From: Octopus vulgaris
Taxonomy: Eukaryota
Assembly (NCBI GenBank): GCA_951406725.2
Contig: OX597818.1
Span: forward strand, 114,700,001 to 114,764,000
Reading direction: 5' to 3'
Length of the DNA stretch: 64,000 bases
The notes beneath the pieces were generated by a model that was given only the letters and a program-made list of their open reading frames with translations, was not told the DNA's origin and did no database searches. Shown piece after piece: positions 11,843 to 23,485 of this stretch; positions within the stretch are counted from its first letter, which is position 1; every line of letters starts with the position of its first letter. Position numbers and translations under genes: made by a program.

Positions 11843-12748
11843 GATAGAAAGAAAAATGAAGAGAGAAACAGAGAGAGAGAGAGAGACAACAACACGAGTA
11901 AAAAATATAGATGAGTAAAATGTCCCAGGTGTTGTGATGGGAATACATGTAACGAACAAGTTTCGATGAAAAGTAATAGAGATATATGTAGACGAAAAGA
12001 GATAACGAGGCTAGAGGCGTTTACCAATAGAAAATAACCTGTACACAACAGAAGCCTATCTTTCCTATTCTGTTCACCGTCTCTTTCTATCTGTGTTTCA
12101 TTTCTATATTTCATTCTTTTTTTCTCTGCCTTTATCTTCTGACATTTTTTTCAAAAAAAAAAAAACAAATCATTCTAATTTCCCCGTCTTTAACTTATTA
12201 GCCTTCATCCATCAAATAGTTTTGCTTTTATCTTTCCCTCTTCGTGTATTATTATAATTATTGTTTTTCTCTTTTTTTCCCCATCTTTTTAAACTTGCAC
12301 GTTATATTAATATCATTTGAAAAAAAAATTCTTTTTACTTTCGACTTCTTTCAAACATTGATCGGCATGTATACGCGATGGACTGACAAAAATTATCATC
12401 ATAGCCCCCACCACCACTACTTTCACCAGCAGCAACATCATCATCATTATCATCATCCTCATCGTCGTTTTCATTGTCATCGATATTATTTTCCTCAGCA
12501 TCACCACAATCATCATCACCATTATCATTATATAGTGACAAGTTTCTTTCGCCAGTGAACCATAAGAAAAAAAAATCTCTTCCGACGTTAGTTTTCTTCT
12601 TTTCATCTAGTAGTAGTATTTAGAAAGACATTCTGTCTATTTAGTTTAGGCGATCTTCCCTTACAAGAGCCACAAACAAGCATCAGGGCTATCCAGGACG
12701 TTAGATAATATATTACAACTTCATTTTCGGCTTTTCTCTCATTCTCAG

Positions 12749-12822
12749 ATGTTCCCAACTTTTTAATAGGATTTCATTACTGCATCTCACAGTGAAATCT
12801 TACTTTCACTTTCGTTTTCAAG
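12749..12822 (+). other. Candidate 5' UTR exon of the downstream gene
   Basis: Polypyrimidine tract CTTTTCTCTCATTCTCAG acceptor (AG 12747-12748) and AAG|GTAGAG donor (GT 12823-12824); no transcript evidence. Confidence 0.3.
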
Positions 12823-12871
12823 GTAGAGCATGCAGTCTTATTAATTTTGTAATCGGACATTTACTTTAAAA

Positions 12872-12872
12872 C

Positions 12873-12951
<79 letters not shown>

Positions 12952-13270
12952 GGTCTATCTATCTATCTTTCTATCTATTCTTCTGCTACTTTGTCTCCTC
13001 TTTACTTATAAATCTATTTATTCACCAATATATATATAATTTATTTTTATCTACGTAGATATTTATTTTTCTATTATTTTGTTATACATTGCAACATTAC
13101 TTTTAGCATTACGTACCTGTTTCTCTATCCATCTGTCAACCTATCTATCTACCTACCTACCTACCTACCTACCTACCTACCTACCTACCTACCTACCTAC
13201 CTACCAACCTACCTACCTACCTACCTACCTACCCACCTACCTACCTACCTATCTACTTACCTACCTACAT
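12872..13270. repeat. (TATC)n and (CCTA)n tetranucleotide arrays
   Basis: Directly visible. Confidence 0.9.
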
Positions 13271-13826
13271 ATATACCTCTATCAAACTATACCTAGCTAT
13301 ATATTTATATATTTATATATATATATAAATCCAGCAATATCTATCTGCCTATCTATTTATTTTACTCTTTACCTGCCTGCGTCTCTCTGTGTATCTATAT
13401 CTATATATTTATCTGTCTATAAACATTTCCAGTATCCTCTCTATCCATCTCTATCCATCTACATGTTTCTTTCTCTCCTTCTCTCTCTCTTTCTGGATAC
13501 CAATCAATATAGCTATCTATCTACCTTTTTATCTATGTAACTATCCATCCATCCATCTTAGTATCTTTCTACCTCTCTATGATATTTCTTATTTTTTCTG
13601 ATTACCAAAGTATTTATTTATCTAAACATCTTACTAGCATTGTGTCTTACCATTCACCCAGATACTTCTCAACCTTCGTGCCTATTTAAAATTTATTTCT
13701 TTATCTTTCCATTTTCTACTTTGATCAGATTTTTCTTCGCCCATATTTTCTACCTCCCGTTGCATCGTAATATTTCTCTCACTCTCTCCCACTCTGTATA
13801 ATATTGAAATCCCGTCTAGATACGGG

Positions 13827-14157
13827 ATGAGTCTGCCGTTCATCATAACCTCATCGCTTGCAGAGAAAAATAAAGATGAAACAAGGCGAATGAATGAAGT
13901 CTTATTTCTTGAACTAGAAACCCTCCAACGTGAGTACAAGAGAAGCCGACAAGTTGTTGAGCAGCTGACCAAGGACTATGAGGAATCTAAGGATTTAGAC
14001 CCCGTCCGACGCTACGAAAAACTTAAAGTAATGGTCAAGCGGACTATAATGCACTTTAAAGTAAATTCCGAAGAACAAATCAAAGAGGCCGCAGCTGCGG
14101 CAGCCTGCCAAGGAACACAGGCAGAGGCACTGAAAAGGCGTGGGGAGAAAAACACAA
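13827..14157 (+). CDS. First coding exon (110 codons + 1 nt) of an uncharacterised coiled-coil protein
   Basis: Unique, GC-richer, stop-free frame MSLPFIITSSLAEKNKDETRRMNEVLFLELETLQREYKRSRQVVEQLTKDYEESK...; heptad-like charged helix; possible acceptor TAG at 13817-13819; strong donor CAA|GTAAGC at 14158; reading frame degenerates immediately after the donor. Confidence 0.85.
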
Positions 14158-14286
14158 GTAAGCCCTTTTGTTTCACCTTTTGATTAATGAAACAGGTGTT
14201 AATTTCTAAACTTGCATGAATTATTACTGGAAAAACTGGTATGGTTATATAGTTTGTCTGCTTAAATTTCCGTTTCTCCTATTTTG

Positions 14287-14288
14287 GT

Positions 14289-14379
<91 letters not shown>

Positions 14380-14403
14380 TGTGTGTATGCATGTATGTAT
14401 GTG

Positions 14404-14483
<80 letters not shown>

Positions 14484-14578
14484 CATGTATGTATGTATAT
14501 ATATATATATATGTATGTATATATATATATACATATATATACATATATATATATATGTATATATATATATGTGTGTAT

Positions 14579-14610
<32 letters not shown>

Positions 14611-14628
14611 TTATATATATATTTATAA

Positions 14629-14660
<32 letters not shown>

Positions 14661-14758
14661 GTATATATATCTGCAATCTCTTAACATGTTTATATCTCTT
14701 ATTTTATCTTTTCAACAAGAATATGTTCATGCATATGTATATACATACATCTATATGC

Positions 14759-14816
<58 letters not shown>

Positions 14817-14896
14817 GTATATATATATATAAATATGCATATATGCGTATGTATATCTATCTCTCTATTTATCGGTGTGTGTGTGTATGTGTGTGC
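14287..14896. repeat. (TA)/(TG)/(CA) compound microsatellite
   Basis: Directly visible. Confidence 0.95.
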
Positions 14897-15063
14897 ATAT
14901 CACTACAATAATTGCTTAGAATGCTGAAGTCCCAATAGCAAAGTGTTCAAACCTTGCACCACTAACTTTTGCGAAGTTAACGTTTTCTTTCTCTTCGTGC
15001 CATTACAACTTTCTCGTTCGTTTGTTTTCTCTTCCTATCTTGGTTGTTGTTCTTTCTACGTTG

Positions 15064-15955
<892 letters not shown>

Positions 15956-16223
15956 TATCGTTGTGCATATTACATTATTCTCATATCTTAGTTATTTCAT
16001 GTTAATGATCTAACTAATTTTCTTTTAAGTTTCTTACACATACATATTATACACGTACTTATATGCATTCATATGTACACACACACACACACATATATAT
16101 ATGTACATATATCTATATGTAATTATATATATATGAATATATGTATGTATTCACATATATATATATGTACTTACATATATAAGTATATATATATATACAC
16201 ATACATACCTATTTATTTATATG

Positions 16224-16257
<34 letters not shown>

Positions 16258-16273
16258 GCTTATACGTATATAT

Positions 16274-16471
16274 ATCACCGTGATCACCGTGACCGACCAG
16301 GCTATCAGATGTTGCTACACATCGCTGGTCACAATGCGCTTCGCATTGTTTTAGCCTTCAAATGACGCCACCCCGCTGGCTAAGCGAGCAGGCCAACAGA
16401 AGAAAGAGTGAGAGAAACGTGTGATGAAAGAGTACAGCAGGGATCGCCACCACCCCCTGCCGGAGCCTCGT
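16274..16471 (-). mobile_element. 5'-truncated SINE-C-related element with a different 3' tail
   Basis: GAAAGAGTACAGCAGGGATCGCCACCACCCCCTGCCGGAGCCTCG is shared with family C; the rest is unrelated and ends in (CACGGTGAT)-type repeats on minus; flanked by (TA)n. Confidence 0.7.
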
Positions 16472-16494
16472 ATATATATATACGCCTCCACACG

Positions 16495-16529
<35 letters not shown>

Positions 16530-16996
16530 GTATATACATATTTACACATACATGAGTGAGTGAGTGTGCGTGTGTGTGTGTTTGTGTGTATATGAGTGCG
16601 TTGTATGTATCAAGGAATCGTCCGTAACTCGCGAAATAGCATGGTTAATAATATGTACTTGGCTGGTACCATATTGTGGATGGCTTTGTAGTCACGAGAG
16701 GGTCGTAAATACTTCTCGTTCTTAAACTATATGCACATCCGGGATGTTACATTTGGCTGCAGAGAGACACGGAAAGAGCTGGACAGAGAGAGGGAGAGAG
16801 AGAGAGAGAGAGAGTGAGGGAGAGAGAGAGAGAGAGATATGCCCCATCACTCGGCTGGTCCCCATTATCAGTTGTGCTGCCTAAAACAACCTGCCCTGCT
16901 AATGTGCCTCGGTCTGGTATCGCGAGTGGAATGATTTAACCACTTGGCCACGTGCACTTCATATATTCATACACTGTCCACATACTCAGGAATACA

Positions 16997-17091
<95 letters not shown>

Positions 17092-17665
17092 GCACATACA
17101 CACACAAACTTCTTGCCAGTTCCAATATGCTATTGGAACTCGCAATAAAGCCATTCGCTATATTTTCTCATAAGGAACACTTCTCGTCTTGGAGGCGAGC
17201 GAGTGCATTCACGTACACACACATACACAAACACACACACACACACACATGCACTCGCATACACACATACACACATGTCATTGAAATGCTAGTTTCGTGA
17301 GAACGTCGAATAGAACATATTGAATAAATGGCTAAATTTACTTGACACCTCCGTCCTCCGAGATCAAATCTTTTTGAGGCCAACTTTGCTTATAACTTTT
17401 CAATATCGATAATTAAAGGTTCAGTACCTAGTGGCCGATTGACAGAATGTCAGAACGTCTCATCTGATGCGTTGGGGTATGTGTTTCGGCCCTGGTTTTT
17501 CTGAGTTCAAAATGCGCTTCTCGTATACTTGGTGGATTGAGCAACAACGGCGAAAATGCTGGGAAGACCTCAGACACTCAACAAGTTCAGTCTTTTAATC
17601 ATATCTCTATTAGTGAGTGTAAGTAAGTCGCACTGATTTCAGATTCATAATGCAAAAGAGCTAGT

Positions 17666-18065
17666 TTTTCTGCTCTAGGCACAAGGCCCGAAATTTTTGG
17701 GGAGGGGGCCATTTGGTTAGTTCGACCCCAGTACGTACTGGTACTTAATTTATCGACCCCGAAAGGATGAAAGGCAAAGTCGACCTCGGCGGAATTTGAA
17801 CTCAGAATGTAACGGTAGACGAAATACCTATTTCTTTACTGCCCACAAGGGGCTAAACACAAAGGAGACAAACAAGGACAGACAGACAGACGGATTAAGT
17901 CAATTATATCGACTCCAGTGCGTAACTGGTACTTAATTTACCGACCGCAAAAGGGTGAAAGGCAAAGTCGACCTCGGCTGAATTTGAACTCAGAACGTAA
18001 CGGCAGACGAAATACCGCTAAGCATTTCGCCCGGCGTGCTAACGTTCCTACCAGCTCGCCGCCTT
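17666..18065 (-). mobile_element. SINE family B, dimeric (full unit plus headless unit)
   Basis: Two copies of GAAAGGCAAAGTCGACCTCGGC.GAATTTGAACTCAGAA; head AAGGCGGCGAGCTGG on minus; junction at 17827/17828. Confidence 0.9.
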
Positions 18066-18121
18066 TACAGAAGATATATATTATATAAAAGGAATGCATT
18101 GACAACCATACACGTACAGAC

Positions 18122-18177
<56 letters not shown>

Positions 18178-19338
18178 CACATCTATGTGCCGGTATTGTG
18201 GATAGAGTGTTACACACACGCTTGCAAGATCGTGGCTTCGATCCTCAGGGCTGCCGTGCGTTGCGTTCTTGAACAGAACACTTCATTTCACGTTGCGCCT
18301 ATCGTCAAATCTGTAAATGGGTAGACCTAAGACGAACTGACGTCCCGGCCAGACAGTGTGTTGCCCTGTCGGCCAAACCTGCAGCGTAGCATTACTTGAA
18401 AGCTAAACGAACGCCAGGAAGTACACAGTGGCCAATTGTGTAAAACAACACCAGATAATCTGGTCGTTACAGTGATAAACCGATGTGTGTTTGTGAGTGT
18501 ATGTCTGTGTGTGTATATTTGTGTATGTGTGTGTATGTGTTTGTATATGTGTGTATGTGTGTAATTAAATACGAATGCATAAATATCCATATGTGCTTTG
18601 CACTGAACATGGAGATATGAATATAATAACCCCCATGCTCATAAATATGTACTCGTTCATGTGTCAAACTCTTAACATATCTGGGATAGAACTGATTTTC
18701 AAACAAAGTCCGTTTGATTGGCCGTTTTATTCAAAGCACTCAATGATCCAAATTTAATGCAAATGTTAAAATATAGATACAAGAGAAAACTTTAATGGTA
18801 TTCATAAAATATTTCCAAACACAGGAAGATATTTCCCCGACAAATTTTTTTCTAACTACTCGCGAAAATTAATACAGTATCAAATTTCTCTATAACTACA
18901 TGCGCTACAATATATTCACCAGTATATTCTGCATTCACCAGCAATATTTACAACTACTGTATTACATTCAAAGAACCAATATTTCAAAATTAAAGTTTAT
19001 GAGGCGGATATTAACATAGTCTCTCGTATGTCATTTATAATATACTGAAAGCGCTCGCTTCCTGGTAGGCTGATGACTTCTTTACATACGTGTATATATT
19101 TAAAGGATTGCTTTTGACATCGACATATAGCTATGTCAAAATAATATACATGTACATCATTGTACATGTGTCTATATCTAATACTTTTCCAGTTACCATT
19201 TATTTTATTCATATATGCATATGTACATATGCAAAAGTATGTTTATATGTGTGAGTGTGTATAAAATTTATATAGAGCATCTGCATAGCCGCAGCTCTGA
19301 GCTGAAACTAAAACAAAGAAAAAAAAGAACACACACAC

Positions 19339-19382
<44 letters not shown>

Positions 19383-19765
19383 CATGGCTGTGTGGTAATA
19401 AGCTTTCTTCCCAACCACATATTTCGGGTTCAGTTCTACTGCGTGGCACCTTCGGCAAGTACCTTCTATAGCCTCGGACCGACCAAGGCCTTGTGAGTGG
19501 ATTTGGTAGTTGGAAACAGAAAGAAGCAAGATCGTAGCTTCGAGTATATGCATATATCTATGTGTGTAAGTATGTCTTTGTGCTTGTCCCCAGCCAGCGC
19601 TTAACAACTGTGTTTCCTTCTTTATGTCACCCGTAACTTAGCGATTCGTCTAAAGAAACCAATAGAATAAGTATCGAGCTTCAAAGAAAAATGGACTTGT
19701 ATCGATTGGTTCGATTAAGCCATTCATAGTGCTGCTCCAGCATGGCTGCAGTTCAATGATAAAGG
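19383..19765 (+). mobile_element. SINE family A, diverged
   Basis: ATGGCTGTGTGGTAATAAGC...CCTTGTGAGTGGATTTGGTAG...GCTCCAGCATGGC. Confidence 0.85.
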
Positions 19766-19922
19766 ACAACGCCTCGCGTGCGCGCATGCTTATGAAATGT
19801 GTGCGAGAATTTCGAATTTCTATTTTGCATATTATTTCATTTGATGTTCTGTCTATCTATGTATGTATGTATGTATGTATGTATCTATCTATCTAGTTAT
19901 CTATCTCTCTGTGTGTGGGTGA

Positions 19923-19958
<36 letters not shown>

Positions 19959-19961
<3 letters not shown>

Positions 19962-20097
19962 TGGCTGTGTGGCATGTAGCTTGCCAACCAACCACATGGT
20001 TTAGGGTTCCGTCCTTCTCGGGAAAGTGTATTTTACACCAGCGTCAGGCTGACCAACGCGTTGAGTGGATTTGGTAGACGAAAGTGGAAGCCCCTCG

Positions 20098-20130
<33 letters not shown>

Positions 20131-20382
20131 ATGTGTGTGTTTGTGTGCGTGTGTGTACATGTGTGTCTGTGTGCACGTGTGTAGGTTTGTGTGTCTGTGT
20201 TTGCCCCCCACCATCGCTTGACAACCGATGTTGTGTGTCTACGTCCCCGTAACATAGCGATTCGGCACAAGAGACCGACAGAATAAGTACTAGGTTTACA
20301 AAGAATAAGTTGTGAGTTCGGTTTGTTCCACTAAAGGCGGTGCTCCAATCAAATGGCTGAAAGAAATAAACAAATAAAAGAA
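19959..20382 (+). mobile_element. SINE family A, internally deleted
   Basis: GAGTGGCTGTGTGG head; CATCGCTTGACAACCGATG; ACTAAAGGCGGTGCTCCA. Confidence 0.85.
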
Positions 20383-21039
20383 TATCTATCTATCATATAT
20401 ATATTTATATATATATATATATACATCTATCTATTTATCTATCTATCTCGCTATCTATCTTTCTATCTGTATTTGTGAGACTGCAACTACTCGAAAGTTA
20501 TATAGCAGAGATTACAGTAGTCGGTTGAAGTCTTGTACATTTTAAATCGTGTATTTTTCTCTCTGAAACGTTAGACTCCGTGTGGAAGAGAGAGACTAAG
20601 ACTAATACTCTTTATAAATACTTCTCAAGACACGGATAAATATATTTACGGTAACTCTGTGAGAGTGGTCAATAAATTTGTTATAATCTCGAATTACAAT
20701 AGATTTGGATCTATTACCTACTATCGAATCCTATACAGGAAATGACAACTGCAAATATACTTGGTAAATATTCTGAAATGCATATTTACCTTTCTATATT
20801 AAAATACTTCCAGAGCAAAGTCTATTTAAATTTGCTGTTTATATATCAGATATTTTCTTAGATTGTGGAAAATCGGCGCATGTGGGTAGTTTACGCTAAT
20901 ATTTCTTATATAAACTATAATATTCAGACGAACATTATTTTCAACGCCAGCTGATGAAGACATAATAGGGTCACATACGTTGATATGTGCTTGGCAGTCA
21001 GGGAGATAATTCTATGATCAGAAGTAAAAATATATATTC

Positions 21040-21455
21040 TTATTTTATCTTTTATCTTTCACTGCTTTCGGCCCGGGGCTGAAGCCATGCTGGTACATCA
21101 CCTGTAGTTACTCGGAGTTGATCCCGGTATTGTTTTTGGTGAAGTAGCGAGTTGGACGGAGCTGTTCTTCTTCGCGTTTCCTGCCGCGATGTCGGTTCAT
21201 CTGGTATTTTTAAATAGAAACTTGTCCAGATGTTCCTTGAAAACTTCCACATCAACACCATGTAGATCTCTAACGTTGCCGGACAGGATGTTGAAAAATT
21301 GCGAGCCCTTGAAACGCAGACTATTGCAGTACTGTGTCCTTATTTTAGATGGGGAAGACGGGATGTTAGGAATGATGCAGTGCCGTCCATTTCAAGGATT
21401 GGTATAGTTGTCAATTCCAAAATTGGGAGCTAAACCCTCCAACATCTCCCAAGAT
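21040..21455 (-). mobile_element. CR1/L2-like LINE 3' end (ORF2 C-terminus plus 3' UTR), decayed
   Basis: Minus translation WEMLEGLAPNFGI..GRHC..RTQYCNSLRFKGSQFFNIL..RDLHGVDVEVFKEHLDKFL..IPDEPT..SNSLLHQ; tail GTACCAGCATGGC...(GATAAAA)n. Confidence 0.8.
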
Positions 21456-21505
21456 GCATACACATAATTTACTTTTATCAGTATTATACATTAGTTTATG
21501 CAATA

Positions 21506-21980
21506 TATGTATGTATGTATATACGTATGTATGTATGTATGTATGTATGTATGTATGTATGTGTGTGTGTGTGTATGTATGCATGTATGTATGTATGCAT
21601 GTATGAATGTATGCATGTATGTATGTATGTATGAATGTATGTATATATGTATGCATGTATGTATGTATGTATGTATGTATATATGTATGTATGCATGTAT
21701 GTATGTATATATGTATGTATGTATGTATGTACGTACGTATGTATGTATATATATGTATGTACGTACGTATGTATGTACGTATGCATGAATGCATGTATGT
21801 AGGTGTGTATTTATGTATGTATTTATGTATGTATGTATGTATGTATGTGTGTATGTATGTATGTGTGTATGTATGTATGTATGTGTGTATGTATGTGTGT
21901 ATGTGTGTATGTATGTATGTGTGTATGTATGTATGTATGTATGTATGTATGTATGTATGTGTGTGTGTATGTGTGTATTT
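21506..21980. repeat. (TATG)n array
   Basis: Directly visible. Confidence 0.95.
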
Positions 21981-22419
21981 ATATAGACAGTTCAAATTTA
22001 CAGAAAACAAAAGACGAAGACAAGTGCGAGAACAACAGGTTTGAATGGAAACAGTTCACACCTTTTTAACTCTCTCGTTTAGTGTCTTATCTGAAGTACA
22101 TTCTTCGATATGTTTTTGCTTTTCCTTTTTTTTCATAGTTTATACGTTGCCCGATGCCTAATGACTGGTTACAACTAAACTAATTAAATTACCAATCTGA
22201 AAAATAAGGTAGAGTTGACCTAATTTTCGTCCGTGTATCTGCTTCGCTTTCTCTACAATTCTATTGTACTTTCGCAAAAATCACTTGTTGCAACATTGTA
22301 GTTTGTGAAGAGGACGTGTACCGCGAGGAAAGACTGGCTATAAGAGGAATCACGGGAACAGATATGGAGACAATTACGGGGAGAAACAAACTAAATATAA
22401 GAGCTTGGATCTGATATAT

Positions 22420-22442
22420 TATATATATATATATATATATGC

Positions 22443-22474
<32 letters not shown>

Positions 22475-22555
22475 GGACGGACGGACGAACAGACGGACGG
22501 ACGGACGGACGGACGGACGGACGGACGGACGGACGGACGGATGGATGGATGGATG

Positions 22556-22626
<71 letters not shown>

Positions 22627-22642
22627 GGATAGATAGATAGAT
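22420..22642. repeat. Graded tetranucleotide array GACA>GACG>GATG>GATA
   Basis: Directly visible stepwise motif changes. Confidence 0.95.
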
Positions 22643-22952
22643 CAAATGTGTGTGTGTGTGTAAACAGGAAGAAAGCAAAGACTAGATCTTCAAACGACGA
22701 AAAATAAAGTATAAATATATAGATATTTATATATTAATAGTTCAAATTTACACAGAGTATAAACGACTGAGGAGGAGGTGGTATGATGTTATAATTCCAA
22801 CAGCTGTTTCTGGAACCTCGGAGATCCGTTAAAATGGTGGTAGATGTATTTCGCCAAAATTTGCAGGTAGTAATGGAAGCGAATAACCATTGGATAAGTC
22901 AGGTCTTCGTTTCAGTCTAGATCATGATGCAGAAATGTATTTGTGCTTGAGT

Positions 22953-23048
22953 TTAAATTTTGCCTGATGATGGTGAGTGTTTTTGCCATGACGTAATCTA
23001 AAAATGCAACAATAAAATACTATCGAAACAATTGTTGTGAATTTTGAA
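22953..23048 (+). ncRNA. Hammerhead-like motif (type I order) with a long stem-II insert
   Basis: AAATTTTGC-CTGATGA(22964)-TGGTG...TACTA-TC-GAAAC(23025)-AATT-GTT-GTGAATTT; stem I imperfect. Confidence 0.45.
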
Positions 23049-23153
23049 ATTCAACTAGGTTCGCCTTTTATACACATATATATATATTTTCTCTTTCTAT
23101 CTCTCCCCCCATCTCTCTCTTTCTCTCTCCCTGTATATATATATATATATATA

Positions 23154-23345
23154 AAGTTAATCCAAACATAAAATCACAAAGAGAAAACACAACAACGCGA
23201 GGACGTGGAACAAGTATAGTGTTATTGGACGCTCAGGAAGGAAGGAAAGAAGGAGGGTTTAACGTTTCGAGCGGAGCTCTTCGTCAGAAACATAGGAGAA
23301 GGAAAGATCCAAGGAAGGAAAGATCCAAGGAAGGGAAGACGGAGG

Positions 23346-23348
<3 letters not shown>
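23154..23348 (-). mobile_element. ~195-bp non-coding element between (TA)n tracts, carrying a minimal hammerhead (Penelope-like pLTR / retrozyme-like)
   Basis: Second, diverged copy at 41316-41523 (+); both lie in (TA)n. Confidence 0.8.
23257..23291 (-). ncRNA. Minimal hammerhead ribozyme
   Basis: GUUU-CUGACGA-A-GAGC-UCC-GCUC-GAAACGUU-AAAC: complete core, 4-bp stems I and II, palindromic ACGU stem III. Confidence 0.75.
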
Positions 23349-23384
<36 letters not shown>

Positions 23385-23400
23385 CACGTACGCGCGCGCA

Positions 23401-23485
<85 letters not shown>

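Noticed and set aside
11685-11950. Diverged direct repeat ATGTCCCA.GTG.TGTGATG.GAAT.CATG about 230 bp apart
   Set aside because: Simple local duplication in low-complexity GA-rich DNA.
13682-13972. Minus-strand ORF overlapping the exon
   Set aside because: Shadow frame of the plus-strand exon; no protein-like features.
17666-18065. Repeated ~40-bp palindromic blocks resembling CRISPR repeats
   Set aside because: They are duplicated SINE B units in a eukaryotic context, with no unique spacers or cas genes.
18990-19080. GAAAGCGCTC...CTGATGA hammerhead-like words
   Set aside because: Stems I and II do not pair convincingly in any order.
20948-20985. CTGATGA-AGAC...GTC-ACATACGTT
   Set aside because: GAAA is missing; at best a dead hammerhead relic. 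The same applies to 33852-33890 and 43285-43325, which lack the CUGANGA box.
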